The notes: generated from the letters alone by a model not told the origin. Positions 30,270 through 39,733 are shown, counted from the first letter of the whole stretch. The stretch is 59,562 nucleotides of DNA, filler included, from 4 parts of 4 records of this genome joined end to end with filler, not necessarily neighbours in it, one strand, 5' to 3'. Numbers and translations are program-made.

Positions 30270-31526
30270 TCAATCCACAATGGCCTGGTAGATCATGCTT
30301 TTAATTAAAAAACGGTAATGATTTCTAAGGGTTGAAGCGGTCATCATATACACGGCCGCAAGTTCTTCCTCGGGGTCGATCCAGAAGACCGTTCCTCCGG
30401 CGCCGCCTTTATAGTATTCGCCGACGTTTCCTGTAAAATAGGCCCGTCCTTCATCAACACGCACGTAGAATCCAAATCCCTGGCCGTATCCGCGACCTGG
30501 AATGTACAATGGATCGTCCCGATTGCCCAACACCCCCAAATGATCCGCGCTCATAAACTCCACGGTACGGGGACCGAGCATCCGTTTGCCGTCCAATTCC
30601 CCGCCGTTCAGCAGCATCTGAGCGAATCGAGCATAGTCCATGGCCGTGGAGACCATTCCGCCGCCTCCGCCGAAATAGACCACCGGTTTGGTCGGGTCGT
30701 GGTAGAAAAGATCTTTGGGATCCATGTATACAAAACGATTAAGGTCGACCTCCTTGACTTGAAAACCGGAATCTTTCATGCCTAAAGGCTGAAAGATCCG
30801 CTCTTGCATGAATTGATCGAGAGGCATGCCGGAGGCGACTTCAATAACCCTGCCCAGCACGTCGTAAGACATGCTGTACACATATTTGCTTCCTGGTTGG
30901 GCGACTAAAGGGATATTGGCCAGCTTGTCGCACATTTCAGCCACCGTGTGATTGTTGTTTCGTAAATCGGCTTTGAAATACATGGCCTGGACCGCTTTGG
31001 GAGGCCAGAACCAGTAGCTTAAGCCTGAAGTGTGTCTTAACAGGTCTTGGATCGTCATCACGGCGTTGGGCTTCACCGTGCTCGCCACGGTCTCGTTTCC
31101 CTCTGCGTCGATCTTGATTTCCCCGACGACCTGAACGTCTTTGAATGCCGGTATGAATTTCGATACCGGGTCGGCCAATGTTAGTTTACCCTCTTCCATT
31201 AAAACCATAATCGCCGCCCCTATGACCGGTTTGGTCATGGAATAGACGCGAAATATGGAGTCGTCCTGCATGGGAACCGTTTTCTTTTCATCAACAGTTC
31301 CAAAGTGTTTGAAATACGCAATTTTGCCTTTCCGAGCGATCAGCAACACAGCGCCGGGGATCTTTCCGCTTTCGACATCGGCCTTTAGTACGGCGTCAAT
31401 CCGGTCGAGACGCTCTGGACTCAGGCCTACATCTTCCGGATCGGCGGAGGGAAGGTCGGCGGCCCCTAATGCGGAGAATGAAAACAGGCAAATGAAAGTC
31501 GCGATGAGTATGGATTTGGTTTTCAC
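30270..31526 (-). CDS. Serine hydrolase, beta-lactamase class C/esterase family, secreted
   Basis: SxxK in YSMTKP, LLRHTSGL, QPGSKYVYS, GGGGMVST; GTG start at 31526 with GGAGG RBS and signal peptide. Confidence 0.9.
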   Translation of the reverse strand: MKTKSILIATFICLFSFSALGAADLPSADPEDVGLSPERLDRIDAVLKADVESGKIPGAVLLIARKGKIAYFKHFGTVDEKKTVPMQDDSIFRVYSMTKPVIGAAIMVLMEEGKLTLADPVSKFIPAFKDVQVVGEIKIDAEGNETVASTVKPNAVMTIQDLLRHTSGLSYWFWPPKAVQAMYFKADLRNNNHTVAEMCDKLANIPLVAQPGSKYVYSMSYDVLGRVIEVASGMPLDQFMQERIFQPLGMKDSGFQVKEVDLNRFVYMDPKDLFYHDPTKPVVYFGGGGGMVSTAMDYARFAQMLLNGGELDGKRMLGPRTVEFMSADHLGVLGNRDDPLYIPGRGYGQGFGFYVRVDEGRAYFTGNVGEYYKGGAGGTVFWIDPEEELAAVYMMTASTLRNHYRFLIKSMIYQAIVD

Positions 31527-31849
31527 GTTTCCTCCTGTTCGGCTTAGGGTTAATGTATAAGACAGCTGTCGGAGACGGCTGCTTTCGGCGGGTGTAACCT
31601 TAACCAGGGCTATGAAAATTGGACCTGATATCTTTTGAGTCAAAACAAACTTGGGTGGTCGAAAACGAATAGTTATAGGCCGTTAATGCATTCCCTGCAT
31701 TTTTCTGCGAAGTAAGCGTTCATTGCTTTTAAACCCGCACGGCTTACAGCAAGGAGATTTATTGTAGTATTATCCTGAATTATGCGGCAACCGTTGCGCT
31801 CTTCTTGTTTTAGGCCTCCTGATCCAACCATTCGCCCCTTTTAGAGGCA

Positions 31850-31905
31850 TTGAGCCTGGCCAAGCAGCTTGTTCATCATCCACAAAAAGCAATTTCTCGC
31901 CAATT
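31850..31905 (-). pseudogene. Possible remnant of a response-regulator receiver domain
   Basis: Minus strand reads GEKLLFVDDEQA with no start codon, and the similarity is lost immediately afterwards. Confidence 0.3.
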
Positions 31906-32188
31906 ACACTGAAATCCCCAAGTTTTCTCGATGTTTAGACACTATAATCCAACAGAATGCGTTTTCAACAGGTAAGTTGCTTTTCTCTCTTTCAAACACC
32001 TGTAATTCGCCTGGTTATTATTACATATTGATTTAAGACAGATGAAACTGGTTGAATCCAATATATTTGATATAATATAAACAAATTCATCCAAAACCGG
32101 CGCTTAATATTTTTTTCCAATTTAATCAGGATCTTCACACAAAACTGTCATCAATTCCGGGCCAGCCTTTTCCAAAAGGAGAAGATTA

Positions 32189-32980
32189 TTGGATAACAAT
32201 CACGACTATACATACGCCGTAAAAATGCTGGGTGTGGACAAGTATTTCGGCAACGTGCGCGCCTTGCACAATATAAATTTCGAGGTTGGGGCCAATGAAA
32301 TCGTCGGCCTGATTGGCGACAACGGCGCCGGGAAATCCACTCTCATAAAAATAATGACGGGCGTTTTTCCTCCGAGCAGCGGCGATCTTTTTATCCGTGA
32401 CAAAAAAATAACACTAAAGGACTACGACGTCAAGGAAGCCCACAAATGGGGCATAGAGACAGTCTATCAGGATAAGTCTCTTTGCGAGAAGCAGAGTCTT
32501 TGGCGAAACTTTTTTGTGGGCCGGGACATCACCAACCGCCTTGGTTTTATAAACGTGCGCGAAGAAAAGCGGATCGCCGCCGATGTCATGCTCAACATGA
32601 TCGGCTTTCGCGGGACGGGTATAACGGTCGATTCCAGGGTCAGCGACCTTTCCGGCGGGGAGAGGCAGGGTATTGCCATCGGCCGGGCCATGTATTTCAA
32701 AGCGGATTTAATCGTCTTGGACGAGCCCACAGTGGCCCTTTCTCTGAAGGAAGTCAGGAAAGTTCTCAATTTCGTGCACCAGATCAAGGAAAAAGGCAAA
32801 GCATGCGTTTACATTTCCCACGACATCCAGGATGTGTTTGAAATAGCCGACAGGTTTGTGGTTCTCGATCGGGGCGAGATGGTGGCCGGCATCCCTAAAG
32901 AGGATATTACTTTTGATGAGCTAAACGCCTTTCTGCTCAAGTACGCCCATGGTGAAAAAATAAAGGTGACGGACCTGTGA
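32189..32980 (+). CDS. Sugar ABC transporter ATP-binding protein (CUT2, single NBD)
   Basis: GDNGAGKST, LSGGERQ, LDEPT, ISHD; TTG start with AAGGAG RBS. Confidence 0.92.
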   Translation: MDNNHDYTYAVKMLGVDKYFGNVRALHNINFEVGANEIVGLIGDNGAGKSTLIKIMTGVFPPSSGDLFIRDKKITLKDYDVKEAHKWGIETVYQDKSLCEKQSLWRNFFVGRDITNRLGFINVREEKRIAADVMLNMIGFRGTGITVDSRVSDLSGGERQGIAIGRAMYFKADLIVLDEPTVALSLKEVRKVLNFVHQIKEKGKACVYISHDIQDVFEIADRFVVLDRGEMVAGIPKEDITFDELNAFLLKYAHGEKIKVTDL

Positions 32981-34005
32981 AGAGCGAAAGCCTTTGGAAA
33001 AATATCGGTCGGATAGAAGGCCTGCCTATCATGATGGTGTACGCGGGTATGATCGGCGTCTTCATGATTGTGGCCCCACGGGTTTTTACCGGTTACAGAA
33101 TTTACATGTCGTTTCTGCAGACCATCCCGCCGCAGCTTGTCCTGGCCCTGGGATTGACTATGGTCATCAGCGCCGGTGAGATCGATTTGAGTTTTTCCGC
33201 GGTGATAGCCTTTTCCGGATTTGTTTTTTCTTTTGTATTTCTCAAGCTGGGAGCGCCCTGGTTGGCACTGGTGTTGGCCCTGGCCGCCGGAGCCCTGGTG
33301 GGGTATATCAACGGACTGTTGATCGCGGTTGTGGGCGTGCCTTCCATCATGGCCACGCTCGCGGCCCAGTTTTTTTGGAACGGGTTGACGGTCCTGTTGT
33401 GCGGAGGTCTGTCCTGGAACATCAAAGCCATCCGCGGTCAATTCATACATGAGCTTTTTGTGGGCCGCATCTTCGGGGTGGTTCCGGCCCAGGCATTCTG
33501 GTCCCTGGGCGTTGCCGTTCTGGTCTGGTTGATCATGAACCGCCACAGTTTCGGCCAGGCGGTTCTTTTCATCGGGGACAACGCGGAAGTAGCCAGGGTG
33601 ATGGGCATTAACGTTCGCAAAACCAAAATCAAGCTTTTTACCCTGCATGGTCTGATCTCCGGTTTTGCCGCAGTGCTGCTGACCCTGGAAATGATCAACT
33701 TCTGGACAACCCAGGGCGCGGGTTTTCTGTTGCCGGTTATGGCCGCGGTCTTCATCGGCGGAACATCCATTGCCGGAGGAGAGGCCATGGTGGTTGGAAC
33801 CCTGTTCGGGGCATATATCATTGGTTCTTTGGAAGCAGGGGTAGTGGCTTCGGGCATTGGCGGATACTGGACGAGACTGGTCAGCGGCCTGGTTATGGGC
33901 GGTTCGGTGGCCCTTAACGTTGTTATAGGCGAACGCCGTGGAGCAGGCCTGCTGACTAAAATGAAACGCGGCTTCAAAGGCATAAATGGGAACAGAAACC
34001 AGTAA
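32977..34005 (+). CDS. Sugar ABC transporter permease (RbsC-like)
   Basis: GEIDLS, GVPSIMATL, IGDNAEVARVMGI, AAVFIGGTS. Confidence 0.92.
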   Translation: MKSESLWKNIGRIEGLPIMMVYAGMIGVFMIVAPRVFTGYRIYMSFLQTIPPQLVLALGLTMVISAGEIDLSFSAVIAFSGFVFSFVFLKLGAPWLALVLALAAGALVGYINGLLIAVVGVPSIMATLAAQFFWNGLTVLLCGGLSWNIKAIRGQFIHELFVGRIFGVVPAQAFWSLGVAVLVWLIMNRHSFGQAVLFIGDNAEVARVMGINVRKTKIKLFTLHGLISGFAAVLLTLEMINFWTTQGAGFLLPVMAAVFIGGTSIAGGEAMVVGTLFGAYIIGSLEAGVVASGIGGYWTRLVSGLVMGGSVALNVVIGERRGAGLLTKMKRGFKGINGNRNQ

Positions 34006-34030
34006 CCCTAAATAGCAAGGAGGAGGCATT

Positions 34031-35020
34031 ATGGGTAAAGTCATGAAATTTACCGGCGTTTTTTTCGTGGCCCTGGTTTTGGCGGCTGCCGCGGGCTTGA
34101 TGCAGGCCCCGGCGTCCCGGGCCGAGATTACCGTGTACATGCAGATGGGAGGTACAGAAGGCGACCCATCAACGCTGGCCAGGACCAACGGCGCCAAGGC
34201 AGCGGCCAAAGCCCTGGGCATCAAGCTGATTGAACAATATTCCGGGTGGCAGCCCGAGAAAATGATCAACCAGTTCAAGGAAGCCCTGGCCGCCAAACCC
34301 GACGGCATTGTCATCATGGGGCATCCGGGCGAAGGGGCTTTCGAGGCCCTTGTGGAAGAAGCAGTGGGTATGGGTATTGTAATCACCAGCGGCAATAATC
34401 CTTTGCCGAATCTTGAAACCAAGTACAAAGATAGAGGCTTCGGTTATGCTGGGGCCGAGCTTTATTCCGGAGGATACCTGACTGGTGAAACAATGATCCG
34501 CGCCGGACTGAAGTCCGGGGACAAAGCCCTTGTTTACGGACTATTTTCCCAGGCCGGCCGCAGTAAAAGCCCCCAGGGCATCTTTGACGCCCTGACCAAG
34601 GCCGGCCTCAAGGTTGAAAAACTTGAGATATCTCCGGAAGTCGACGGCGAGGCTTCCCTGTGCGTGCCCATTCTGACCGGGTATCTGGAAAGGAATCCGG
34701 ATATCAAAGCCATCGGCACCCAGCACGGCAACGTGACTTCCAACATGATGAACGTGCTGAAGGCCGCGGGTAAAAAACCCGGCGATATCATTACCGGCGG
34801 CATCGACCTTTCTCCGGCCACCATTGAGGGCATTGAGAAAGGATATGTAAGCGCCAGCTTTGACCAGGTTCTCTACCTGCAGGGGTACCTGCCGGTGCTC
34901 CAGGTCTGGCTGACCAAAATGTACATGATTCCGGGCCTGCACATCGACACCGGCGTCGGAACAGTCACTCCCAAAAACATCAAGGAAATTAAACCGCTTA
35001 TTGAAAAAGGCATCCGTTAA
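34031..35020 (+). CDS. Sugar ABC transporter substrate-binding protein (RbsB-like)
   Basis: Signal peptide; KPDGIVI, GGIDLSP, DQVLYLQGY, IDTG; GGAGG RBS. Confidence 0.88.
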   Translation: MGKVMKFTGVFFVALVLAAAAGLMQAPASRAEITVYMQMGGTEGDPSTLARTNGAKAAAKALGIKLIEQYSGWQPEKMINQFKEALAAKPDGIVIMGHPGEGAFEALVEEAVGMGIVITSGNNPLPNLETKYKDRGFGYAGAELYSGGYLTGETMIRAGLKSGDKALVYGLFSQAGRSKSPQGIFDALTKAGLKVEKLEISPEVDGEASLCVPILTGYLERNPDIKAIGTQHGNVTSNMMNVLKAAGKKPGDIITGGIDLSPATIEGIEKGYVSASFDQVLYLQGYLPVLQVWLTKMYMIPGLHIDTGVGTVTPKNIKEIKPLIEKGIR

Positions 35021-35025
35021 ACCTG

Positions 35026-35050
35026 ATGGAGGGGCTCAATGCCCCTCCAT
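35026..35050. terminator. Bidirectional terminator
   Basis: ATGGAGGGGC-TCAAT-GCCCCTCCAT between convergent operons. Confidence 0.7.
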
Positions 35051-35071
35051 GAGTGATCCGTGAATATCCGA

Positions 35072-35953
35072 TTAAGAATTCAGGTTGCTTAATTTATTTT
35101 TAATGGCTTTTATGAATTCATGGTTGGTTCCGCAGCAGCCGCCAATGAAGCTTGCTCCAGCTTCGACCAGGGCCGGGATGTAATCCGCGAATTCATCGGG
35201 AGTGGTATTATAGGATACTTGTCCGTTGATTACTTCGGGCAGGCCGGCATTGGGCTTGATCCAGATGGGCAATCCCGTGGAATCGTGCAGTCGCTTGCAT
35301 ATGGGTACAAAGCCTTCTATTCCCTGCCCGCAATTTGCACCTACGGCGTCGGCGCCGGCAGCGGTCAATTCTTCAGCGGCCTGCTCGGGAGTATTTCCAT
35401 ACATGGTCCGGTCCTTGTTTTTACCCGAATCGTAGACCATGCTGGCCACAACAGGCAGGCCGGTGGATTTGGCCGCGGCCAGGGCGATTTTCATTTCATT
35501 AAGATCCATCATGGTTTCCACGACAATCGCGTCGGCGCCGGCGGAAGCCAGGGCCCGGGCCTGTATATCAAAGGCTTCGGCCAGGTCCTTTTCACTGACT
35601 TCGCCGGTAATCATAACCTTGCCGCTGGGACCGATGGAGGCAAAAATCAAACTTTTTCCGCCCGAGGCTTTCCGGGATATTTCAACTCCGGATACATTAA
35701 CCTCTTCAACTTTGTCCTTTAGGCCGTATTGTTCCAGAACAAACCGGTTGGCGCCGAAAGTGTTGGTCAGAATTATGTCGCTGCCGGCCTGGACGTAACT
35801 TGCGGCAACTTCTTCAACCATGTCCGGCCTGGTCAGGTTCCAGGAATCGGGATTCTCGCCTCGAGTCAATCCCCTGGCCTGCATCTGGGTTCCCCAGGAA
35901 CCGTCTGTAACCACCACGCCTTTTTTTACTATATCTTCGATAAGCGAGTGCAT
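35072..35953 (-). CDS. Stand-alone homocysteine S-methyltransferase domain (MetH N-terminal/BHMT-like)
   Basis: DGSWGT, TNTFGAN, ASIGPSG, Zn ligands GANC and GGCCGT, KPNAGLP. Confidence 0.92.
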   Translation of the reverse strand: MHSLIEDIVKKGVVVTDGSWGTQMQARGLTRGENPDSWNLTRPDMVEEVAASYVQAGSDIILTNTFGANRFVLEQYGLKDKVEEVNVSGVEISRKASGGKSLIFASIGPSGKVMITGEVSEKDLAEAFDIQARALASAGADAIVVETMMDLNEMKIALAAAKSTGLPVVASMVYDSGKNKDRTMYGNTPEQAAEELTAAGADAVGANCGQGIEGFVPICKRLHDSTGLPIWIKPNAGLPEVINGQVSYNTTPDEFADYIPALVEAGASFIGGCCGTNHEFIKAIKNKLSNLNS

Positions 35954-35976
35954 AACTCCTCCTTAATTATATTGAG

Positions 35977-37317
35977 TTACAGCCCCATTATTTCCTTGGT
36001 TTCTTCCTTACTGTCGCCTATTTTGAAAGGCATGAACACCAGAAGTCCTATGAAACACGACAGTGCGCAAACCAGCCAAATGACCCGCACCCCGGTCGGG
36101 TCCGCCTTGCTGTAACCGAAAAGGCCGTAAACCGCGGTTAATATAATCGAACAAAGAGCCCAGCCTGTTTTTCTGACAATCCCATAAATGCCGTAATACA
36201 TGGCTTCTCTTCTACTGCCGGTTTTCAGTTCGTCGTAGTCGGTCAGATCGGCTATTATAGCCAGAACCGTTATGAACATTCCGCCGATCGGAATGGCTGT
36301 TATGGGGAAAATGATCATGGCCTGGACCATGGGAGAGAAAAAGGGCAAGCGTCCGATAAAAAAGCAGGCAATAAAACCGGCGGTCATAAGACAGATAATC
36401 GCCCTGAACAGGGTTTTTTTGGAAAACTTTTTAAGCAGCCAGTACCACAGCGGGACCGAAGCGACCATTAGTAATATGACTTCAGCCATTAGTATGGAAG
36501 CGTCCGCTTCTTTTCTTCCAAGAACAAGCGTGGTCAAATAAGGCACGTTCATAAGCATCAACTGGTAGGTCAATTGAACCAGCATAATCATAATGGAAAA
36601 GGACAAGACCTGCTTGTCGAAGAATATTTCCTTTACCGCCCTTAAGAAGCCTACGTGCTGCTCCCCTGCTCCCTGGTATCTTTCCTTGACGCCCAAAACG
36701 GTTAGTTCGCCGGCGACAAGACCGAGAATACCTAAAGTAAGGGCCATGCCGAACGGCCCTATTGATTGAAACAAGGGGCCGGATAAACCGCCTCCAACCA
36801 GGGCGCCCACAGCGCCGAGGGCCACGCCTATGGAAGATATTTTTACCCGTTCCTCATTTTCACGGCTCATTTCCGGCAGCACGGCGAACCAAGGTACAAG
36901 CAGGCCGGTATATGAGCAGTAATAGAAAAAGAGCAATACGGATAGAACAATCACGTTGAGGGCGCTGATCCCGTTGACCGGCGGAGACCAGAGAAAAATG
37001 AATGACAGGAAGAGAATCGGATTTGATATGAAAATATAAGGCTTTCTTCTGCCCCAGCGGGATTTCGTATTGTCGCTCATATACCCGATCAGAGGATCGG
37101 TGACCGCGTCCAGTATGCGGCCTCCGGCCAGAATAAGCCCGAGGGCGGCCAGGGGGATATACCTGGTCAGTCCTGAATCTTCCGGCGGAGTGTAAAAGTA
37201 TGGCAGCCAGGCGTAAAGAACCGTATCGTAGATATTAAAGGTAAAAGCGGCCAGGTTATAGAGGATGATTTCCCTTAAGGGCAGCATATCCTTGTTATTT
37301 GATAATTCGTGCGTCAA
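35977..37317 (-). CDS. MFS transporter, GPH/MelB-like (MFS_2) family
   Basis: DAVTDPLIGYMSDNTKSRWGRRKPY, DYDELKTGSRREAMYYG; about 12 TM. Confidence 0.88.
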   Translation of the reverse strand: MTHELSNNKDMLPLREIILYNLAAFTFNIYDTVLYAWLPYFYTPPEDSGLTRYIPLAALGLILAGGRILDAVTDPLIGYMSDNTKSRWGRRKPYIFISNPILFLSFIFLWSPPVNGISALNVIVLSVLLFFYYCSYTGLLVPWFAVLPEMSRENEERVKISSIGVALGAVGALVGGGLSGPLFQSIGPFGMALTLGILGLVAGELTVLGVKERYQGAGEQHVGFLRAVKEIFFDKQVLSFSIMIMLVQLTYQLMLMNVPYLTTLVLGRKEADASILMAEVILLMVASVPLWYWLLKKFSKKTLFRAIICLMTAGFIACFFIGRLPFFSPMVQAMIIFPITAIPIGGMFITVLAIIADLTDYDELKTGSRREAMYYGIYGIVRKTGWALCSIILTAVYGLFGYSKADPTGVRVIWLVCALSCFIGLLVFMPFKIGDSKEETKEIMGL

Positions 37318-37341
37318 CCCTGTCCCCCCGAATATTGATTA

Positions 37342-37980
37342 TTAACCCAGAAGACGCTTAGCCAGTTCGACGCCTGATTGTGCATCTTCCCCGTACCCGT
37401 CAGCCCCTATTTCATCGGCGTATCGTTGATTTACGGGCGCCCCGCCCAATATGAATTTGAATTGGCTTCGCAATCCATGTTCTTCAAAAAGGTCGATGGT
37501 CTCTTTCATGACCGGCATGGTTGTGGTCAGGAGCGAGGACATGCCGATTATGTCAGGTGACAGCTCCCTGGCTTTTTCCAGAAAGGCGGCCGGCGGCACC
37601 TGGACGCCCAGGTCCACGACATTGAATCCGTTGCCTTTGAGCAAGGCGGCCAGGATGTTTTTTCCTATATCGTGGATGTCGCCTTCAACGGCGCCAAGCA
37701 TGACCGTGCCCCGGGCCTTGTAATCGCTTTCCTGGAGCAGGTCTTCCAGAAGTGCATATGCGTTATTGTACGCCTTGACCGACATCAACACGTCGGGCAG
37801 GAAGTAGTCCCCTTCCCTGAAATGAACGCCGACTTCATCCAGAGCGGGAAGAAGGGATATATTGAGGATATCCAGGGCCGAAAAGCCGGAATCGAGTCCT
37901 TGCCTGGTCAATGCTTCTGTTTCAGCGAATTTCATATCGACAACAGCACGGCTCAATTGTTGAAGTATCGCTTCAGACAT
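37342..37980 (-). CDS. Corrinoid (B12-binding) methyl-carrier protein
   Basis: Cap domain (FLPDVLMS) plus GDIHDIGKN (DxHxxG), SSLLTTT, GGAP; ATG 37980 with GGAG RBS. Confidence 0.93.
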   Translation of the reverse strand: MSEAILQQLSRAVVDMKFAETEALTRQGLDSGFSALDILNISLLPALDEVGVHFREGDYFLPDVLMSVKAYNNAYALLEDLLQESDYKARGTVMLGAVEGDIHDIGKNILAALLKGNGFNVVDLGVQVPPAAFLEKARELSPDIIGMSSLLTTTMPVMKETIDLFEEHGLRSQFKFILGGAPVNQRYADEIGADGYGEDAQSGVELAKRLLG

Positions 37981-38011
37981 TGCTCCTATCTCCTTATTAT
38001 TTAGGTTATAA

Positions 38012-39475
38012 TTACGCTTCCCATTCAGCGGCGTAAAACTCGTCAAGCTCCCTGGCCGCGACCTTGGTAATAAAATCGTCGATTTCCTTGACCAGTTTTG
38101 GATCAAGGTCCCGCTCCTGATGTTCCGATAGTATTTTTTTGGCCGCATCCCTGGCCTTATCCACCATTTCCTTACTGCCGGCGTTTTCCCAGACATCCCG
38201 CTTGTCACGGTCGGCAAGCTTTGGTATGTAATGTTCGCTGCGAAAATTCATCTGGGTGTGTTCTTCCATCAAAAAGTTGCCGTCCGGCCCAACCCGCTTG
38301 ATAACATCCAGGGCCAGGCTGTCGTCGTTAACCTCAAAGCCGCGCACGGCCCTTTCGACCTGCCCGATCAATTCATTATCTATAACGGCAAGTTCGTGGG
38401 CGCCTGCGGTTGTGGATTCCGTTGTCCCGACGCAAGTGACGTAATTAGCGCCGGCCAGGGCGGCCAGCATCATGGAGCGCTCCCTTTCCACGCCGCACTG
38501 CAGGTCCAGGGTTTTGGCTTCTGTTCCTCCGGCCACGGCCCGGCAGGGGATGTCATAAAAATGAGCCATCTGGGTGTTGGCGGCGCTTATCATGCCTGTT
38601 TCCACGGCGCCGAGGGCGACCGAGCCCCGTTTCATTTCCGCAATGGTGGAAACCGTTCCGTAAAGAACCGGGGCGCCGGGATTGACCACCTGGGCCATGA
38701 CAATGTGGCTGAGCACTTCGGCATTGTGCTGCAGGACAAGCCCGGCCATGGTTACGGGAGCGGTCATACCGGCCATGGCTTCCGGCGACATAATGGCCGG
38801 TTGCCCTCTCTCAGCCAGGATCATCAGGCCTTCTATCTGGATCTGGGCGGTGGAAAGCGGACTCTGAATGCTGACGATGGTCATGAAAGGATGCTTGTTT
38901 TTAATCTTGTCCGGGCCGTCCATTATCAGTTCGAGCAGGTCCATCATGTCATTGGTGGCCATAACTCCATAAGCGCCCATGCCGAATGACTTGGTGCAGT
39001 TTCGGGCCCAGACTTTCATGGCTTCAACATGAATTGTGTGCATGGGGATGTCATGGGGCCATATATCCATCTGGTTTGAGACTATATGTTCGAGATTGTC
39101 GAATATTACTATGTGGTTTATTACATCCTGAAGGGTTGTTTCCCGGTACTGGCCAGTGTAAAGATCGTAGATATTTATGAGCGTTCCCAAGCCTCCGAAG
39201 ACTCGCGTCTCCGGACTGACCGGCCATAATTTTTCCGGATCGGCGCCGCAGATCATGATTTCCCTAGGCGCTTTGGCCACGTATTCTTCAACCACGCGGG
39301 GATCGAATTTGACTATCCGTGTTTTTTCATCCACCTTGCACCCGACGTCACGGAGCATTTCCCTCATTTTGAGGACTTCAACCTTGACGCCCGTTTCTTC
39401 CAGGACTTCAAGCGTTTTTTCATGGATCGCCTTGATTTCCCCGTTACTTAACACCTGGTATTTACTGCTTTTCAT
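38012..39475 (-). CDS. Trimethylamine methyltransferase (MttB) superfamily protein, non-pyrrolysine
   Basis: IHEKTLEVLEETG, SPL, MAGMTAPVTMAG...NAEVL, PGAPVLYG, ALAGAN, IDNE, VGPDGNFL...HT; no in-frame TAG. Confidence 0.92.
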   Translation of the reverse strand: MKSSKYQVLSNGEIKAIHEKTLEVLEETGVKVEVLKMREMLRDVGCKVDEKTRIVKFDPRVVEEYVAKAPREIMICGADPEKLWPVSPETRVFGGLGTLINIYDLYTGQYRETTLQDVINHIVIFDNLEHIVSNQMDIWPHDIPMHTIHVEAMKVWARNCTKSFGMGAYGVMATNDMMDLLELIMDGPDKIKNKHPFMTIVSIQSPLSTAQIQIEGLMILAERGQPAIMSPEAMAGMTAPVTMAGLVLQHNAEVLSHIVMAQVVNPGAPVLYGTVSTIAEMKRGSVALGAVETGMISAANTQMAHFYDIPCRAVAGGTEAKTLDLQCGVERERSMMLAALAGANYVTCVGTTESTTAGAHELAVIDNELIGQVERAVRGFEVNDDSLALDVIKRVGPDGNFLMEEHTQMNFRSEHYIPKLADRDKRDVWENAGSKEMVDKARDAAKKILSEHQERDLDPKLVKEIDDFITKVAARELDEFYAAEWEA

Positions 39476-39644
39476 AACGACGCTCCAATTGAATCTTCTT
39501 GTTGGGTTATTTTGATCATCTCCCTGCCGGCCGCCTGTTCCGGCCTTGAACGACCATAGAACAGATGCACGCCGGTCTACTCCACGGTTCGGCCGTTTGG
39601 GCGGGCTGCGTAAATCTCAGCTCAAGAGTTTTGGATTGACAGCA

Positions 39645-39733
39645 AATGAAGCTCCCCGTGGCAAGCTGCGCGCATCAAACGGAAACTTGTCATATAAATC
39701 GCAGCAAGCTGCGAGTCATCAACCCGCTTCATT
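39645..39733. repeat. Degenerate palindromic (REP/MITE-like) element at contig end
   Basis: Bounded by AATGAAGC/GCTTCATT; two internal copies of a CG(T/C)(G/A)GCAAGCTGCG hairpin core. Confidence 0.5.

Noticed and set aside
30270-31526. Beta-lactam resistance gene
   Set aside because: Has SxxK but otherwise resembles the broad esterase/serine hydrolase family; no evidence for true AmpC activity.
32809-34428. 539-aa minus-strand ORF
   Set aside because: Antisense shadow of the well-supported ABC permease and SBP genes; no motifs.
37981-38217. N-terminal extension of the corrinoid protein ORF (291 aa)
   Set aside because: Overlaps the MttB 3' end; the real start is ATG 37980 with an RBS, giving a normal corrinoid protein.
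38012-39475. Pyrrolysine or selenocysteine recoding
   Set aside because: The MttB ORF is full length without an in-frame TAG; no pyl/sel genes; the thioredoxin-fold genes use Cys.
39476-39640. Possible cobalamin or SAM riboswitch upstream of the methyltransferase operon
   Set aside because: No B12-box or SAM-I core consensus recognisable by eye; an Rfam scan would settle it.
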